64,000 bases of DNA from Candidatus Aldehydirespiratoraceae bacterium (GCA_965261185.1 CBDHCN010000002.1:2878093-2942092), one strand, 5' to 3'. Shown: positions 37,240 to 46,866, counted from the first letter of the stretch. The notes: generated by a model not told the origin, from the letters alone. A program made the numbers and translations.

Positions 37240-37719
37240 ATGTCTATTGACTCAAGTGAGTTCCGATGGGTGCTCGGCCACTTCCCCACGGGTGTGACAG
37301 TGGTGACTGCGCCAACGAGCGAGGGTCCCGTCGGCATGGCAATCGGATCTTTCGCCAGCGTCTCGCTAGATCCACCTCTGGTCATGTTCTGTCCAGGTAA
37401 GGAATCTGCGACTTGGACCAAGATGTCGGGGACGGACAGATTTTGCGTCAACGTGCTCGGTGACGACCAAGCCGACGTGTGCGGCGTTTTCGCGAGCAAG
37501 TCAGAAGACAAGTTTGCCGGCGTCGAATGGAGCACAAGGATCTCCGATTCGCCCGTTATCTGTGGTTCTATTGCTTGGATCGATTGCGAGGTCCACGCCA
37601 TCCACGATGGAGGTGACCACTACATCGTGGTGGGACTCGTAAAAGCACTCTCCACCGAAAACGACAATGGGCCTCTGCTGTTTTTCCGCGGCGGCTACGG
37701 CCGTTTCGAGGACATCTGA
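37240..37719 (+). CDS. flavin reductase family protein
   Basis: FRWVLGHFPTGVTVVTA...GMAIGSFASVSLDPPLVMFC is present. ATG 37240 follows GAAGGGA. Confidence 0.85.
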   Translation: MSIDSSEFRWVLGHFPTGVTVVTAPTSEGPVGMAIGSFASVSLDPPLVMFCPGKESATWTKMSGTDRFCVNVLGDDQADVCGVFASKSEDKFAGVEWSTRISDSPVICGSIAWIDCEVHAIHDGGDHYIVVGLVKALSTENDNGPLLFFRGGYGRFEDI

Positions 37720-38237
37720 TGCCAATTTATGCGCTCGGTGATCGTGTTCCCGAAATACATTCCGACGCCTACATTCACCCGGATGCCACGCTCATTGGGA
37801 GCGTTGTCATCGGCGCAGAAAGTTCCGTATGGGCTCAGGCGGTGATCCGCGCCGATGACAACGTCATCAGTATTGGACGGGGCTCATCGATTCAAGACGG
37901 TGCGGTACTACATTGCACCGAGGTACATGAGACGATCATCGGTGACTACGTGACAATCGGCCATCTCGCTCATCTTGAGGGCTGTCGGATCCTTGACCGT
38001 TCACTGGTTGGCAGCGGTTCGGTGATTCTGCACGATGCGGTTGTTGGGCCTGAGGCCCTTGTCGGAGCCGCCGCGTTTGTTCCCGCCAAGATGATCGTGC
38101 CCGCCTTGGCGATGGCGTTGGGTGTGCCGGCCCGAAATCGCGAGAACGCACTTCAGAAGGGTGCCAACGACCGCAACGTTGAGACTTACATTCGCCGTGC
38201 CCGCTACTACCCTTCTGAACTGCGCCGTATCGATTGA
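37719..38237 (+). CDS. gamma-class carbonic anhydrase-like hexapeptide-repeat protein
   Basis: MPIYALGDRVPEIHSDAYIHPDATLIGSVVIG and the left-handed beta-helix repeat pattern are present. Confidence 0.85.
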   Translation: MPIYALGDRVPEIHSDAYIHPDATLIGSVVIGAESSVWAQAVIRADDNVISIGRGSSIQDGAVLHCTEVHETIIGDYVTIGHLAHLEGCRILDRSLVGSGSVILHDAVVGPEALVGAAAFVPAKMIVPALAMALGVPARNRENALQKGANDRNVETYIRRARYYPSELRRID

Positions 38238-38331
38238 GCGAATAGCGCAGGGTTGTAGACGTTCCGTCCCTTAGTTGTTACTATCTGGATAGGAGAAATA
38301 GGTTGAGCAGCACCTCTAGGAGCGATCGAAC

Positions 38332-39735
38332 ATGACATCCACCGATATCGGCGTCGACCTCGGCAAGTACCAACTGGGGTGGCACGACGAGGAAGACTAC
38401 GTCTTCAAGCCCAAGAAAGGGCTCAACGAAGAGATTCTACGCGAGATCTCCTGGCTCAAGAGCGAGCCCCAGTGGATGCTCGACTTTCGCCTGAAGTCGT
38501 ACCAGCGATTCGGTAATCGCCCGATGCCCCACTGGGGTGGCGACATGTCCGACATCGACTTCGACAACATCTACTACTACATCAAACCCTCCGGAGAACT
38601 CAGCGACGACTGGGATGACGTCCCCGAGTCCATCAAGAACACCTACGAGAAGCTTGGTATCCCTGAGGCTGAGCGCAAGTATCTCGCCGGCGTGACTGCC
38701 CAGTACGAATCCGAGGTCGTATACCACCGCAACCGTGAAGACCTCGAAGCACAAGGTGTGCTGTTCTGCGACATGGACACTGCGCTGCGGGAGTACCCCG
38801 ACATGGTCAGGCAGTACTTCGGCAAGATCATCCCGCCCAACGACAACAAATTCTCGGCGCTCAACAGCTCCGCCTGGTCGGGAGGCTCGTTCATCTACGT
38901 GCCACCCGGTGTCGAGGTCGACATGCCGTTGCAGGCCTACTTCCGTATCAACGCCGAGAACATGGGCCAGTTCGAACGCACCTTGATCATCGCAGACGAG
39001 GGTTCCAAGGTGCATTACATCGAGGGCTGCTCAGCACCGACCTACACGTCTGACTCACTTCATTCAGCAGTTGTCGAAATCATCGTGAAGCCATCGGCGC
39101 GGGTGACGTACACCACTATCCAGAACTGGTCAGACAACGTCTTCAACCTGGTCACCAAACGCGCCTACGTGGAAGCTGAAGGTCACATGGAATGGATCGA
39201 CGGCAACATCGGCTCGAAACTGACCATGAAATATCCGGCGGTCGTGCTCGCTGGCCCCAAAGCCTCGGGCGAGGTTCTCTCCGTCGCTTATGCAGGGCCG
39301 AACCAGCATCAAGACACTGGAGCCAAGATGACTCACGCGGCACCGGAGACGACCTCCAAGATTGTTTCAAAGTCGATCTCCAAAGACGGTGGTCGCACCT
39401 CGTATCGGGGGTTAGTGCGAGTCGAAGACGATGCTTACGGCTGTAAGAGCCATGTGCAGTGCGATGCCCTCATCCTTGATGAGGATTCCGTCTCCGACAC
39501 CTACCCCTACATGGAGGTCGGTGCGGGTGACGCCATCATCGGCCATGAGGCCACAGTGAGCCGGGTGGCCGACGAGCAACTGTTCTATCTGCAAAGTCGT
39601 GGCCTGACAGAAGAACAGGCGATGGGCATGATCGTCAACGGCTTCATCGAGCCGGTCACTCGTACTCTGCCGATGGAATACGCGGTTGAGTGGAGCCGCT
39701 TGATCGAACTGCAGATGGAAGGCAGCGTCGGCTGA
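38332..39735 (+). CDS. sufB: Fe-S cluster assembly protein SufB
   Basis: 467 aa with [23 protein letters not shown] and [22 protein letters not shown]. Confidence 0.96.
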   Translation: MTSTDIGVDLGKYQLGWHDEEDYVFKPKKGLNEEILREISWLKSEPQWMLDFRLKSYQRFGNRPMPHWGGDMSDIDFDNIYYYIKPSGELSDDWDDVPESIKNTYEKLGIPEAERKYLAGVTAQYESEVVYHRNREDLEAQGVLFCDMDTALREYPDMVRQYFGKIIPPNDNKFSALNSSAWSGGSFIYVPPGVEVDMPLQAYFRINAENMGQFERTLIIADEGSKVHYIEGCSAPTYTSDSLHSAVVEIIVKPSARVTYTTIQNWSDNVFNLVTKRAYVEAEGHMEWIDGNIGSKLTMKYPAVVLAGPKASGEVLSVAYAGPNQHQDTGAKMTHAAPETTSKIVSKSISKDGGRTSYRGLVRVEDDAYGCKSHVQCDALILDEDSVSDTYPYMEVGAGDAIIGHEATVSRVADEQLFYLQSRGLTEEQAMGMIVNGFIEPVTRTLPMEYAVEWSRLIELQMEGSVG

Positions 39736-39783
39736 GGGGTTCTGCTGATTGGGTTAGTGACGTGGCGTGAATGTTGCGCGACA

Positions 39784-40149
39784 ATGAAACCCATGCCGAT
39801 GCGCCAGGACTGCAAGTACTTTGAATCCCGCACGTATGCCAACGGCGACACCGTGCGCAAGTGCGACCTTGACCTAGCCCCCGAAGCCCCTTGGCGCTGC
39901 CCCGATGACTGCCCGAAGTACACCAGGCGTATGGCTGACGTGAATTGGAGTCACGGATCGCTGATCACCCCGGCCACTCCGCAAGAACCCGCCAGCCTGG
40001 GCAGCGACGACAGCATCGCAGCGTTGCTTGATGCAGCTGAAGACATCATCAACGATGCCGCGCCAGAGGTGCTACAGGAGATCCAAGAGGAGCAGCAGAA
40101 AGCGGCGCGCCGAGGCCTGGGTCGCTTTCTCCGACGACGCCGACGCTGA
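39784..40149 (+). CDS. small Cys-rich protein inserted between sufB and sufD
   Basis: MKPMPMRQDCKYFESRTYANGDTVRKCDLDLAPEAPWRCPDDCPKY carries four Cys. An acidic helix and an RRRRR tail follow. The start is uncertain (39757 GTG or 39784 ATG). Confidence 0.45.
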   Translation: MKPMPMRQDCKYFESRTYANGDTVRKCDLDLAPEAPWRCPDDCPKYTRRMADVNWSHGSLITPATPQEPASLGSDDSIAALLDAAEDIINDAAPEVLQEIQEEQQKAARRGLGRFLRRRRR

Positions 40150-40256
40150 GAGCGCACGCGTTGTACTCGCGGGGCGTACCCGGAGCCGCTGGAGTGCTGT
40201 TCAGCCGGTCTAGCCGGTAGCATTGCCCGTGTTTACGGGCCCTCGGGCCGTCTTTA

Positions 40257-41537
40257 TTGGGCAGGGCCATGACTGAATTCTCAACCGATGCCGCGAGGGC
40301 TTTGGCTGGTCCGGCATGGCTCGTTGACCGCCGGGTTTGCGCAGCCCAGGCCTTTGCCTCAGCGGTCCCACCGGATGTTGCCGATGAGGAGTGGCGCTAT
40401 AGCGCTATCCGAGAATTCGACCTGGCTGATTTTGTGCCGTCATCGACCACTTGTGACGCTCCGGCACTCGAGTTCGAGATCGACTCGGCGGCTATGGTTC
40501 GTACGGTCAACGGGCGGATCACTTCGGTCGAAGTGGCTGATGAACTTGTAGCTGCCGGCGTGTATGTCGGCCCGCTCGCAGGTGTTGATAAGGGGTCTGC
40601 TCTGCTGGGAGCGGTGTCTTTAGAGGCTTCTGACTACTTCACGGTTCTCAATGATGCTTTTGTTGCCGATCCGGTTCTGATTCGAGTGCCATCCGGGGTT
40701 GTGTTGAAGCGGCCGATTGTGGTGACCCACCATGTCGCCGGCGAGCGGGTCGCCGCGTTCCCTCGGCTTGTTGTCGACATTGGCGCCAATGCACAGGCGG
40801 AAGTTCTCGATCACCACACCTCTGATGGCGGCCCATTGCTGGTTTGCCCGGTCACGGAACTCGATGTCTCTGCCGCTGGTCGGCTGGGGTACCTCAACGT
40901 TCAGCAACTCGGCTCGGGCACATGGCAGTTTTCGTCGCAGTTGTCGAGGGCTGGCCGCGACGCCTCGCTTACTGCTTCCACCGCGGCTTTCGGTGGTGGC
41001 TATGCCCGTACTCGATCCGATGTTCGCCTGGTCGGACGCGGTGCCAACTGCGATCTTTTGGCGTTGTATTTCGGCGACGGCCGGCAAGGACTCGATTTTC
41101 GTACATATCAGGACCATGTCGCCGCGGACACAACTTCCAAGCTGCTCTACAAGGGTGTCGTGAGTGACGAGTCTCGCAGCATCTACACGGGCTTGATTCG
41201 AGTGCGTCCCGATGCCCGAGGGACCAATGCCTTCCAGACCAACCGCAATCTGAAACTCGGTGAGAACGCCTGGGTTGAATCGGTACCCAACCTTGAAATC
41301 GAAAACAATGATGTTCGCTGTAGTCATGCTTCCGCGGTTGGCCCCGTCGATGCCGAGCAGCAGTTTTATTTGGAGAGCCGTGGTGTTCCGACTGCCGAGG
41401 CAGAGCGCTTGATCGTGGCGGGTTTTCTCGATGAGGTGCTGGAATCGCTGCCTGTGACCGCCATGCGTAAGACGCTGCGTTCTGCCATTGATGCCAAACT
41501 GAGCCTCCAAGTGCAACACCAAGGAGTCCTGTCGTGA
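40257..41537 (+). CDS. sufD: Fe-S cluster assembly protein SufD
   Basis: 426 aa with LLYKGVVSDESRSIYTGLIRV and AFQTNRNLKLGENAWVESVPNLEIENNDVRCSHA. Confidence 0.9.
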   Translation: MGRAMTEFSTDAARALAGPAWLVDRRVCAAQAFASAVPPDVADEEWRYSAIREFDLADFVPSSTTCDAPALEFEIDSAAMVRTVNGRITSVEVADELVAAGVYVGPLAGVDKGSALLGAVSLEASDYFTVLNDAFVADPVLIRVPSGVVLKRPIVVTHHVAGERVAAFPRLVVDIGANAQAEVLDHHTSDGGPLLVCPVTELDVSAAGRLGYLNVQQLGSGTWQFSSQLSRAGRDASLTASTAAFGGGYARTRSDVRLVGRGANCDLLALYFGDGRQGLDFRTYQDHVAADTTSKLLYKGVVSDESRSIYTGLIRVRPDARGTNAFQTNRNLKLGENAWVESVPNLEIENNDVRCSHASAVGPVDAEQQFYLESRGVPTAEAERLIVAGFLDEVLESLPVTAMRKTLRSAIDAKLSLQVQHQGVLS

Positions 41538-41908
41538 GCCTTCACGTATTGTTTGAGCTTGAAGAGCTTGAAGACGGCACGGCGCGCAAGTTGGAATTGG
41601 AGGGGCACCAGATTTCACTGGTGCGCATCGAAGATGACGTTTACGCCATCGGCGACATTTGCAGTCATGAGGATGTCTCTTTGTCGGAGGGCTACGTTGA
41701 CGCCGAGGAGTGCCTGCTTGAGTGTTGGCGCCACGGGGCGATGTTCGACCTGAAGACGGGTGAGCCCGAAACCCTTCCCGCGGTTCGCCCTGTGCCGGTG
41801 TATGACGCTTCGGTCGTAGACGGCATGATCCGGATCTTGATTTCGGAAGGGTCCGAACCTCCTGCGCCCGGCCGAGGCTCAGCAACTCGGAGGGGTGCTG
41901 ATGAGTGA
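41534..41908 (+). CDS. Rieske [2Fe-2S] ferredoxin-like protein
   Basis: CSHEDVSLSEG ... CWRHGAMFDLKTG matches the CxH / CxxH pattern. Confidence 0.85.
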   Translation: MSLHVLFELEELEDGTARKLELEGHQISLVRIEDDVYAIGDICSHEDVSLSEGYVDAEECLLECWRHGAMFDLKTGEPETLPAVRPVPVYDASVVDGMIRILISEGSEPPAPGRGSATRRGADE

Positions 41909-42689
41909 ACTGGTGATTGAGGGCCTGCGGGCTCGTGTGGGAGGCCAAGAGATCCTCAAAGGTGTTGATCTGGCGATGGCTTCGGGTGAGGTCCATGCGG
42001 TGATGGGACCTAACGGTTCGGGAAAGTCAACCCTGGCCCATGCCTTGGCGGGTCGCCCCGGTCTCGAAGTGCTGGGTGGTTCGGCACGTCTTGATGGCGT
42101 TGAACTTTTGGATTTACCAGCTTGGGAGCGAGCCCAAGCCGGTTTGTTCCTGGCTATGCAGTACCCGACGGAGGTTCCTGGGGTAGCGCTGCGTGATCTG
42201 CTACGAGCTTCGGTGAGTACCAGCGACAATGTCGACGAGATTGAATCGTCAATGCGTGCTGAGGCAAAGCGCATCGGTTTTGACGAGAAGTTCCTGGAGC
42301 GACCGCTCAACGTTGATCTTTCAGGCGGTGAGAAGAAACGCAATGAGGCGCTTCAGCTTGGGGTGTTGCGCCCTCGTTTCGCGATTCTCGACGAACTCGA
42401 TTCGGGCCTTGACTTCGATGCGTTGCGTTTGGTCGGCTCGCGGGTGGAGGCAGCTACCGAAGAAGACGGGGTGGGAGTCCTTGCTATCACCCACTACAGC
42501 CGCTTGTTTGAGCAACTCCGGCCCGACACCGTGCATGTCTTTGCCGGCGGTCGAATTCAACAGACTGGTGGGGCGGAGTTGGCCCAAGAGTTGGAAGACA
42601 CCGGTTACGAACGGTGGCGTGATTCGCCGCCGACGACCACTCCGGCATCGAAGCTCCCCGAAGATCCTTTTGCCGATCCGTTCGCCTGA
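41901..42689 (+). CDS. SufC-like ABC ATPase, paralogue 2
   Basis: GPNGSGKSTLAHALAG, LSGGEKKRNEALQLGVL, ILDELDSGLDFDAL and LAITHYSRL are present. An extra Pro-rich C-terminal tail is attached. Confidence 0.85.
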   Translation: MSELVIEGLRARVGGQEILKGVDLAMASGEVHAVMGPNGSGKSTLAHALAGRPGLEVLGGSARLDGVELLDLPAWERAQAGLFLAMQYPTEVPGVALRDLLRASVSTSDNVDEIESSMRAEAKRIGFDEKFLERPLNVDLSGGEKKRNEALQLGVLRPRFAILDELDSGLDFDALRLVGSRVEAATEEDGVGVLAITHYSRLFEQLRPDTVHVFAGGRIQQTGGAELAQELEDTGYERWRDSPPTTTPASKLPEDPFADPFA

Positions 42690-42716
42690 GTCGTGGTGCT
42701 GGGGCAGACTGTTGCC

Positions 42717-42998
42717 ATGGCTAGAACTCTGCTGACCGAAGATGAGATTGCCGAACTGCTGGCGGAGTTTGGTGAGTGGCGACGTGACGGAGACCGACTA
42801 TGTCGCACCTATGAGTTCTCCGATTTCATCGACGCTTTTGGTTTTATGGCCAAAGTGGCGGTGGTTTCGGAGAAGTTGTTTCACCATCCCGAGTGGAGCA
42901 ATGTCTATAACCGGGTTGATATCGCCATCACTGACCACGCCGCAGGCGGTATATCAAACAACGACCGAGCCTGGATAGAGCGCGTCGAGCAACTCTGA
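42717..42998 (+). CDS. pterin-4a-carbinolamine dehydratase-like protein
   Basis: FGFMAKVAVVSEKLFHHPEWSNVYNRVDIAITDH is present. Confidence 0.8.
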   Translation: MARTLLTEDEIAELLAEFGEWRRDGDRLCRTYEFSDFIDAFGFMAKVAVVSEKLFHHPEWSNVYNRVDIAITDHAAGGISNNDRAWIERVEQL

Positions 42999-43037
42999 GG
43001 CCGAATCAGCCACTGAATCGCTGACTCGCGTCGGCCC

Positions 43038-43532
43038 TCAGGCGGCTGCGGCTTCGTCGAGTGCTTGGGCGAGTGTGTTCCAGCTCAGCGTGGCGCATTT
43101 GATTCGTATCGGGAACTTAACCACACCGCGCAGCGCTTCGAGGTCGCCGAGCTTCGTGTCGTCCGATGCACCGTCGAGTTCTATGCCCAGAGCGGTTTCG
43201 GTGCCGTCTCCGCCGAGGTCGGTCTCGTGGATCGACATGAGTCCCTTGAAGGCCACGATCAGCCTGCGAGCATCTTCAACCGTCTTGCCTTTTATCGCCA
43301 CCGACATCATCGAAGCTGATGATTGGCTGATGGAACAGCCTTGACCGCCGATTGCAACGTCGTCGATAACGCCTGCGTCGTTGACTTGCAGATAGACGAT
43401 GATTTCGTCGCCGCACAGCGGGTTGAAGCCCTCGGCACGTCGCGCGGGAGGGGTCTCGAGTTCACCACGATTGCGGGGCGTTCGGTAGTGGTCGAGGATG
43501 ATTTCGCGATACAGGTCTTCGAGTCCAATCAT
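43038..43532 (-). CDS. sufU: SUF-type Fe-S scaffold/sulfur acceptor SufU
   Basis: LYREIILDHYRTPRNRG, NPLCGDEI, GQGCSISQSSASMM and KCATLSW are present. Confidence 0.88.
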   Translation of the reverse strand: MIGLEDLYREIILDHYRTPRNRGELETPPARRAEGFNPLCGDEIIVYLQVNDAGVIDDVAIGGQGCSISQSSASMMSVAIKGKTVEDARRLIVAFKGLMSIHETDLGGDGTETALGIELDGASDDTKLGDLEALRGVVKFPIRIKCATLSWNTLAQALDEAAAA

Positions 43533-43543
43533 CTTGTGGTCTC

Positions 43544-44773
43544 CTAGAACGAGAAGATGTCGTCGACTGCACTGAGGGCATCGGCGAGCTTATCGAGGTC
43601 GGATTTGTTGTTGTATACGTAGAGGGACGCACGCGAGGTGGCATTGGTGCCGAGCACATCCATGAGTGGTTTCGCACAGTGGTGGCCTGCTCGCACCGCA
43701 ATCCCGGATTGGTCGAGCACTTGGGCGACGTCGTGGGGGTGTACATCGCCGTAGATGAACGACATGACACCGCCGCGCTCTGCGGGCTCTGTTGGGCCAT
43801 GAATGGTGATCTTGTCGCCGTGGCGTTCGGTGAGCGTCCGCAGCGCATAGGCGGTCAGTTCAACCTCGTGCTGGCGGACATTGTCCATGCCGAGGTCGCT
43901 GAGGTAGTCGATGGCGCGGCCGAGTCCGACGGCTTCTGCAACCATTGGTGTGCCAGCCTCGAATTTCCATGGGATCTCGTTGGTGGTGAAACCGTCTTTG
44001 GTGACGTTGAGAATCATTTCTCCGCCACCGAGAAACGGCGGCATGGCTTCAAGCAGTTCGGCTTTGGCCCAAAGCACTCCGATTCCCATCGGGGCGAGCA
44101 TTTTGTGACCTGTGAAGACCAGAAAGTCAGCCCCGAGCGCCTGTACGTCGGTGGGCATATGGGGTACGTATTGGCTGGCATCTACAGCCATGAGCGCGCC
44201 GGCGTCGTGAGCCCGTTCGGCAAGCTGAGCGATCGGGTTGAGGGTCCCCAGCACGTTGCTCATGGCTGTCACCGAGAGCAGTTTGGCTCCGTCAAGGAGC
44301 CGGTCAAGGTTGCTGAGATCCAGATAGCCGGATTGGTCAACACCGATCCAGCGCAGTTCTACGCCCGTTTGGGCTCGCAGCATGTGCCAGGGAACGATGT
44401 TGGCGTGATGTTCCATCTCGCTGATTACCACTGCGTCGCCTGCGCTGAGGTTGCTCTCACCCCAAGCGCGGGCCAATAGGTTTATGGACTCGGTGGCGTT
44501 CTTGGTGAAAACGACCTCGGAGTCAGAATTGGCATTGATGAACGAAGCGACTTTGGCTCGCGCGCCTTCAAGAGCAGCTGTGGCCCTTACCGCGAGTTCG
44601 TAGCTGCCACGGTGAACGTTGGCATTAGTCCTCTGGTAATAGTCGGCCATCGCATCAATGACGACCTGTGGTTTTTGGGAGGTATTGGCGGAGTCGAGGT
44701 AGACGAGCTGATGACCGTGAAACTGCTGGTCCAACAACGGAAAGTCGGATTTGATTGCGGCGGGGAGGGTCAT
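43544..44773 (-). CDS. sufS: cysteine desulfurase SufS
   Basis: HHANIVPW, FTGHKMLAPMGIGVLW and RAGHHCAKPL are present. ATG 44773 lies 4 nt after the sufC stop and is preferred over 44845. Confidence 0.93.
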   Translation of the reverse strand: MTLPAAIKSDFPLLDQQFHGHQLVYLDSANTSQKPQVVIDAMADYYQRTNANVHRGSYELAVRATAALEGARAKVASFINANSDSEVVFTKNATESINLLARAWGESNLSAGDAVVISEMEHHANIVPWHMLRAQTGVELRWIGVDQSGYLDLSNLDRLLDGAKLLSVTAMSNVLGTLNPIAQLAERAHDAGALMAVDASQYVPHMPTDVQALGADFLVFTGHKMLAPMGIGVLWAKAELLEAMPPFLGGGEMILNVTKDGFTTNEIPWKFEAGTPMVAEAVGLGRAIDYLSDLGMDNVRQHEVELTAYALRTLTERHGDKITIHGPTEPAERGGVMSFIYGDVHPHDVAQVLDQSGIAVRAGHHCAKPLMDVLGTNATSRASLYVYNNKSDLDKLADALSAVDDIFSF

Positions 44774-44777
44774 GGGT

Positions 44778-45533
44778 TCAGACTCCGAACCGCTCGTAGC
44801 CTTCGGTTTCCAGTCTCTGCACCAATTCCGAGCCTCCGGATTCAACGATGCACCCGTCGATGATCACATGGACCTGATCGGGATGCAGCTCAGAGAGCAG
44901 CCGTTGGTAGTGGGTGATGGCGAGCACGCCGAGTTCGGGCCGTTCGGAGCGCACCTCTTGGACGCCGGTGGCCACGACACGCAGCGCGTCGATGTCGAGC
45001 CCGGAGTCGGTCTCGTCGAGGATTGCCATCTCCGGTTCGAGGATGGCCATCTGCAGTATTTCGTTGCGCTTCTTCTCGCCGCCTGAGAAACCTTCGTTGA
45101 CGTAACGCTCAGCGAACGAGGCGTCCATATTGAGCCGGTCCATCCATTCCATGATGGCCAAGCGGAGCTCGAGCACCGACATGTCGATGCCTTTGCGAGC
45201 CGAGAGCGATTGCCGCAAGAAATTGAGAACCGAGACCCCACTGATCTCCTGGGGATACTGAAAGGCCAGAAACATGCCGGCCTTGCCGCGCACGTCGGTG
45301 GGCCATTCGGTGATGTCTTCGCCTCGGAAACGAATTGAACCGGATGTGACTTGGTACTCGGGGCTCCCGAGGATCACGTTGGCCAGCGTGCTCTTGCCTG
45401 AACCGTTTGGTCCCATGAGAGCGTGAACTTCGCCGACGTCGACTCGCAGATCAATGCCTTTGAGGATTTCGATCTCGCCTTCGACGGTGCAGGCCCGAAG
45501 GCCGTCGATTTCAAATAGCGGAACCGTCGTCAT
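44778..45533 (-). CDS. sufC: Fe-S cluster assembly ATPase SufC
   Basis: 251 aa with GPNGSGKSTLANVILG, FSGGEKKRNEILQMAILEP, ILDETDSGLDIDAL and LAITHYQRLL. Confidence 0.95.
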   Translation of the reverse strand: MTTVPLFEIDGLRACTVEGEIEILKGIDLRVDVGEVHALMGPNGSGKSTLANVILGSPEYQVTSGSIRFRGEDITEWPTDVRGKAGMFLAFQYPQEISGVSVLNFLRQSLSARKGIDMSVLELRLAIMEWMDRLNMDASFAERYVNEGFSGGEKKRNEILQMAILEPEMAILDETDSGLDIDALRVVATGVQEVRSERPELGVLAITHYQRLLSELHPDQVHVIIDGCIVESGGSELVQRLETEGYERFGV

Positions 45534-45690
45534 GCCTTACAGTTTACGAGCGCTCTCAGTTTCGCACTACGGCCATAGGAGAAATTACCGCTTCGCTGGC
45601 ATGCGTCCGGGCAGTAAAACAGAAATCAATAGTCAGAAAAATAGAAGAAACATTCTCTAAAAATAGAAATCAACGCTATTCTAAATAGCG

Positions 45691-46866
45691 ATGCTTGAAC
45701 GGAGGATCGCCAACGATCAACACGAATCGCTGCTGGAACGTCGCCTCGCCTCTTACCCGGCGGTGGCGCTGGTTGGTCCGCGTCAGTGCGGCAAGACCAC
45801 GCTCGCTCAATCACTCGGGGGTCGCTACTACGACATGGAGCTCGAATCCGACCGTTTGAGGTTGGATCTCGAATGGGACCAGATGGCTGGAGGTGGAAGT
45901 CTTGTGGTCATCGACGAAGCCCAAGCAGCCCCGGAGATCTTCGGTCGACTACGCAGCACCATCGATGCCCAACGTGGCCTCTGTGGGCGCTTCCTGTTGC
46001 TGGGTTCGATAGCGCCGTCTCTGATGAAGAACGTTTCGGAGTCGCTCGCCGGTCGCTTGAGCGTGGTGGAGTTGGCGCCTCTGTCCTGGCTGGAGCTGGG
46101 CGGCGAAGCCCGCGAGCGCCTTTGGCACTGCGGCGGGTTTGCCGACGGTGGAGTGCTCCACGGCAGAGGCTTTCCCGACTGGCAACACGATTATCTGAAC
46201 CTGCTTGCGCAGCGTGATCTGCCAATGTGGGGACTACCCGCCACGGCTCCCACCACCCTGCGCCTCTTCGAGATGTTGGCGACATCACATGGGCAGCAGT
46301 GGAACGCCAGCGAGATCGGTCGCGCCCTGGGGCTCTCCTATCACACGGTGAACGACTACTTCGACTACCTGGAAGGCGCGTTCCTGCTCAGGCGTCTTCC
46401 CGCCTTTCATGGCAATGTTCGCAAGCAGCTCACGAAACGACCGAAGGTCTACTGGCGCGACAGTGGCCTGCTGCACAGCTTGTGGGGAATCGGCAACGCC
46501 TCGGAACTGCTCAGTCATCCGATGGTGGGCGCGAGCTGGGAAGGACATGTTATTGAGCAAGTGCTGACAGCCCTGCAGCAATCAGGGACACCCTTCAGAG
46601 CTTCGCACCTGCGCACGGCTGACGGTCGCGAGATTGATCTCGTCGTCAACGTACGGCAGCAACTCTGGGCTATTGAGGTGAAACTCACCAGCAATCCAAG
46701 CCGTTCCGACATGGCCCGCCTCAACGACACAGCCGATCTGATCGGAGCTCACAGACGGTTCTTGGTGACTCGAGGCGCCGCGACTGCTAGCGGCGGAGCA
46801 CAGACCGTCTGTGATCTTGCTCGCATGATCCTTCAAGCAAGCAAACCGCTCTACGAGAGCCCTTGA
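45691..46866 (+). CDS. AAA-type ATPase with DUF4143-like C-terminal region
   Basis: Walker A (LVGPRQCGKTTLA) and Walker B (LVVIDEAQ) are present. The C-terminal part (GASWEGHVIEQV...WAIEVKLTSNP) resembles the restriction-endonuclease-like DUF4143 module. A markedly AT-rich leader precedes the gene. Confidence 0.8.
   Translation: MLERRIANDQHESLLERRLASYPAVALVGPRQCGKTTLAQSLGGRYYDMELESDRLRLDLEWDQMAGGGSLVVIDEAQAAPEIFGRLRSTIDAQRGLCGRFLLLGSIAPSLMKNVSESLAGRLSVVELAPLSWLELGGEARERLWHCGGFADGGVLHGRGFPDWQHDYLNLLAQRDLPMWGLPATAPTTLRLFEMLATSHGQQWNASEIGRALGLSYHTVNDYFDYLEGAFLLRRLPAFHGNVRKQLTKRPKVYWRDSGLLHSLWGIGNASELLSHPMVGASWEGHVIEQVLTALQQSGTPFRASHLRTADGREIDLVVNVRQQLWAIEVKLTSNPSRSDMARLNDTADLIGAHRRFLVTRGAATASGGAQTVCDLARMILQASKPLYESP

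Noticed and set aside
40620-41996. 458-aa minus-strand ORF
   Set aside because: It is entirely antisense to sufD and the Rieske gene. It has an Arg/Pro/Gly-rich low-complexity composition and no motifs. This is a typical shadow ORF of a high-GC coding strand. The same applies to 636..1397, 1946..2620, 5351..6274, 27091..27924, 29979..30836, 33094..33897, 57061..58085 and 60285..61412.
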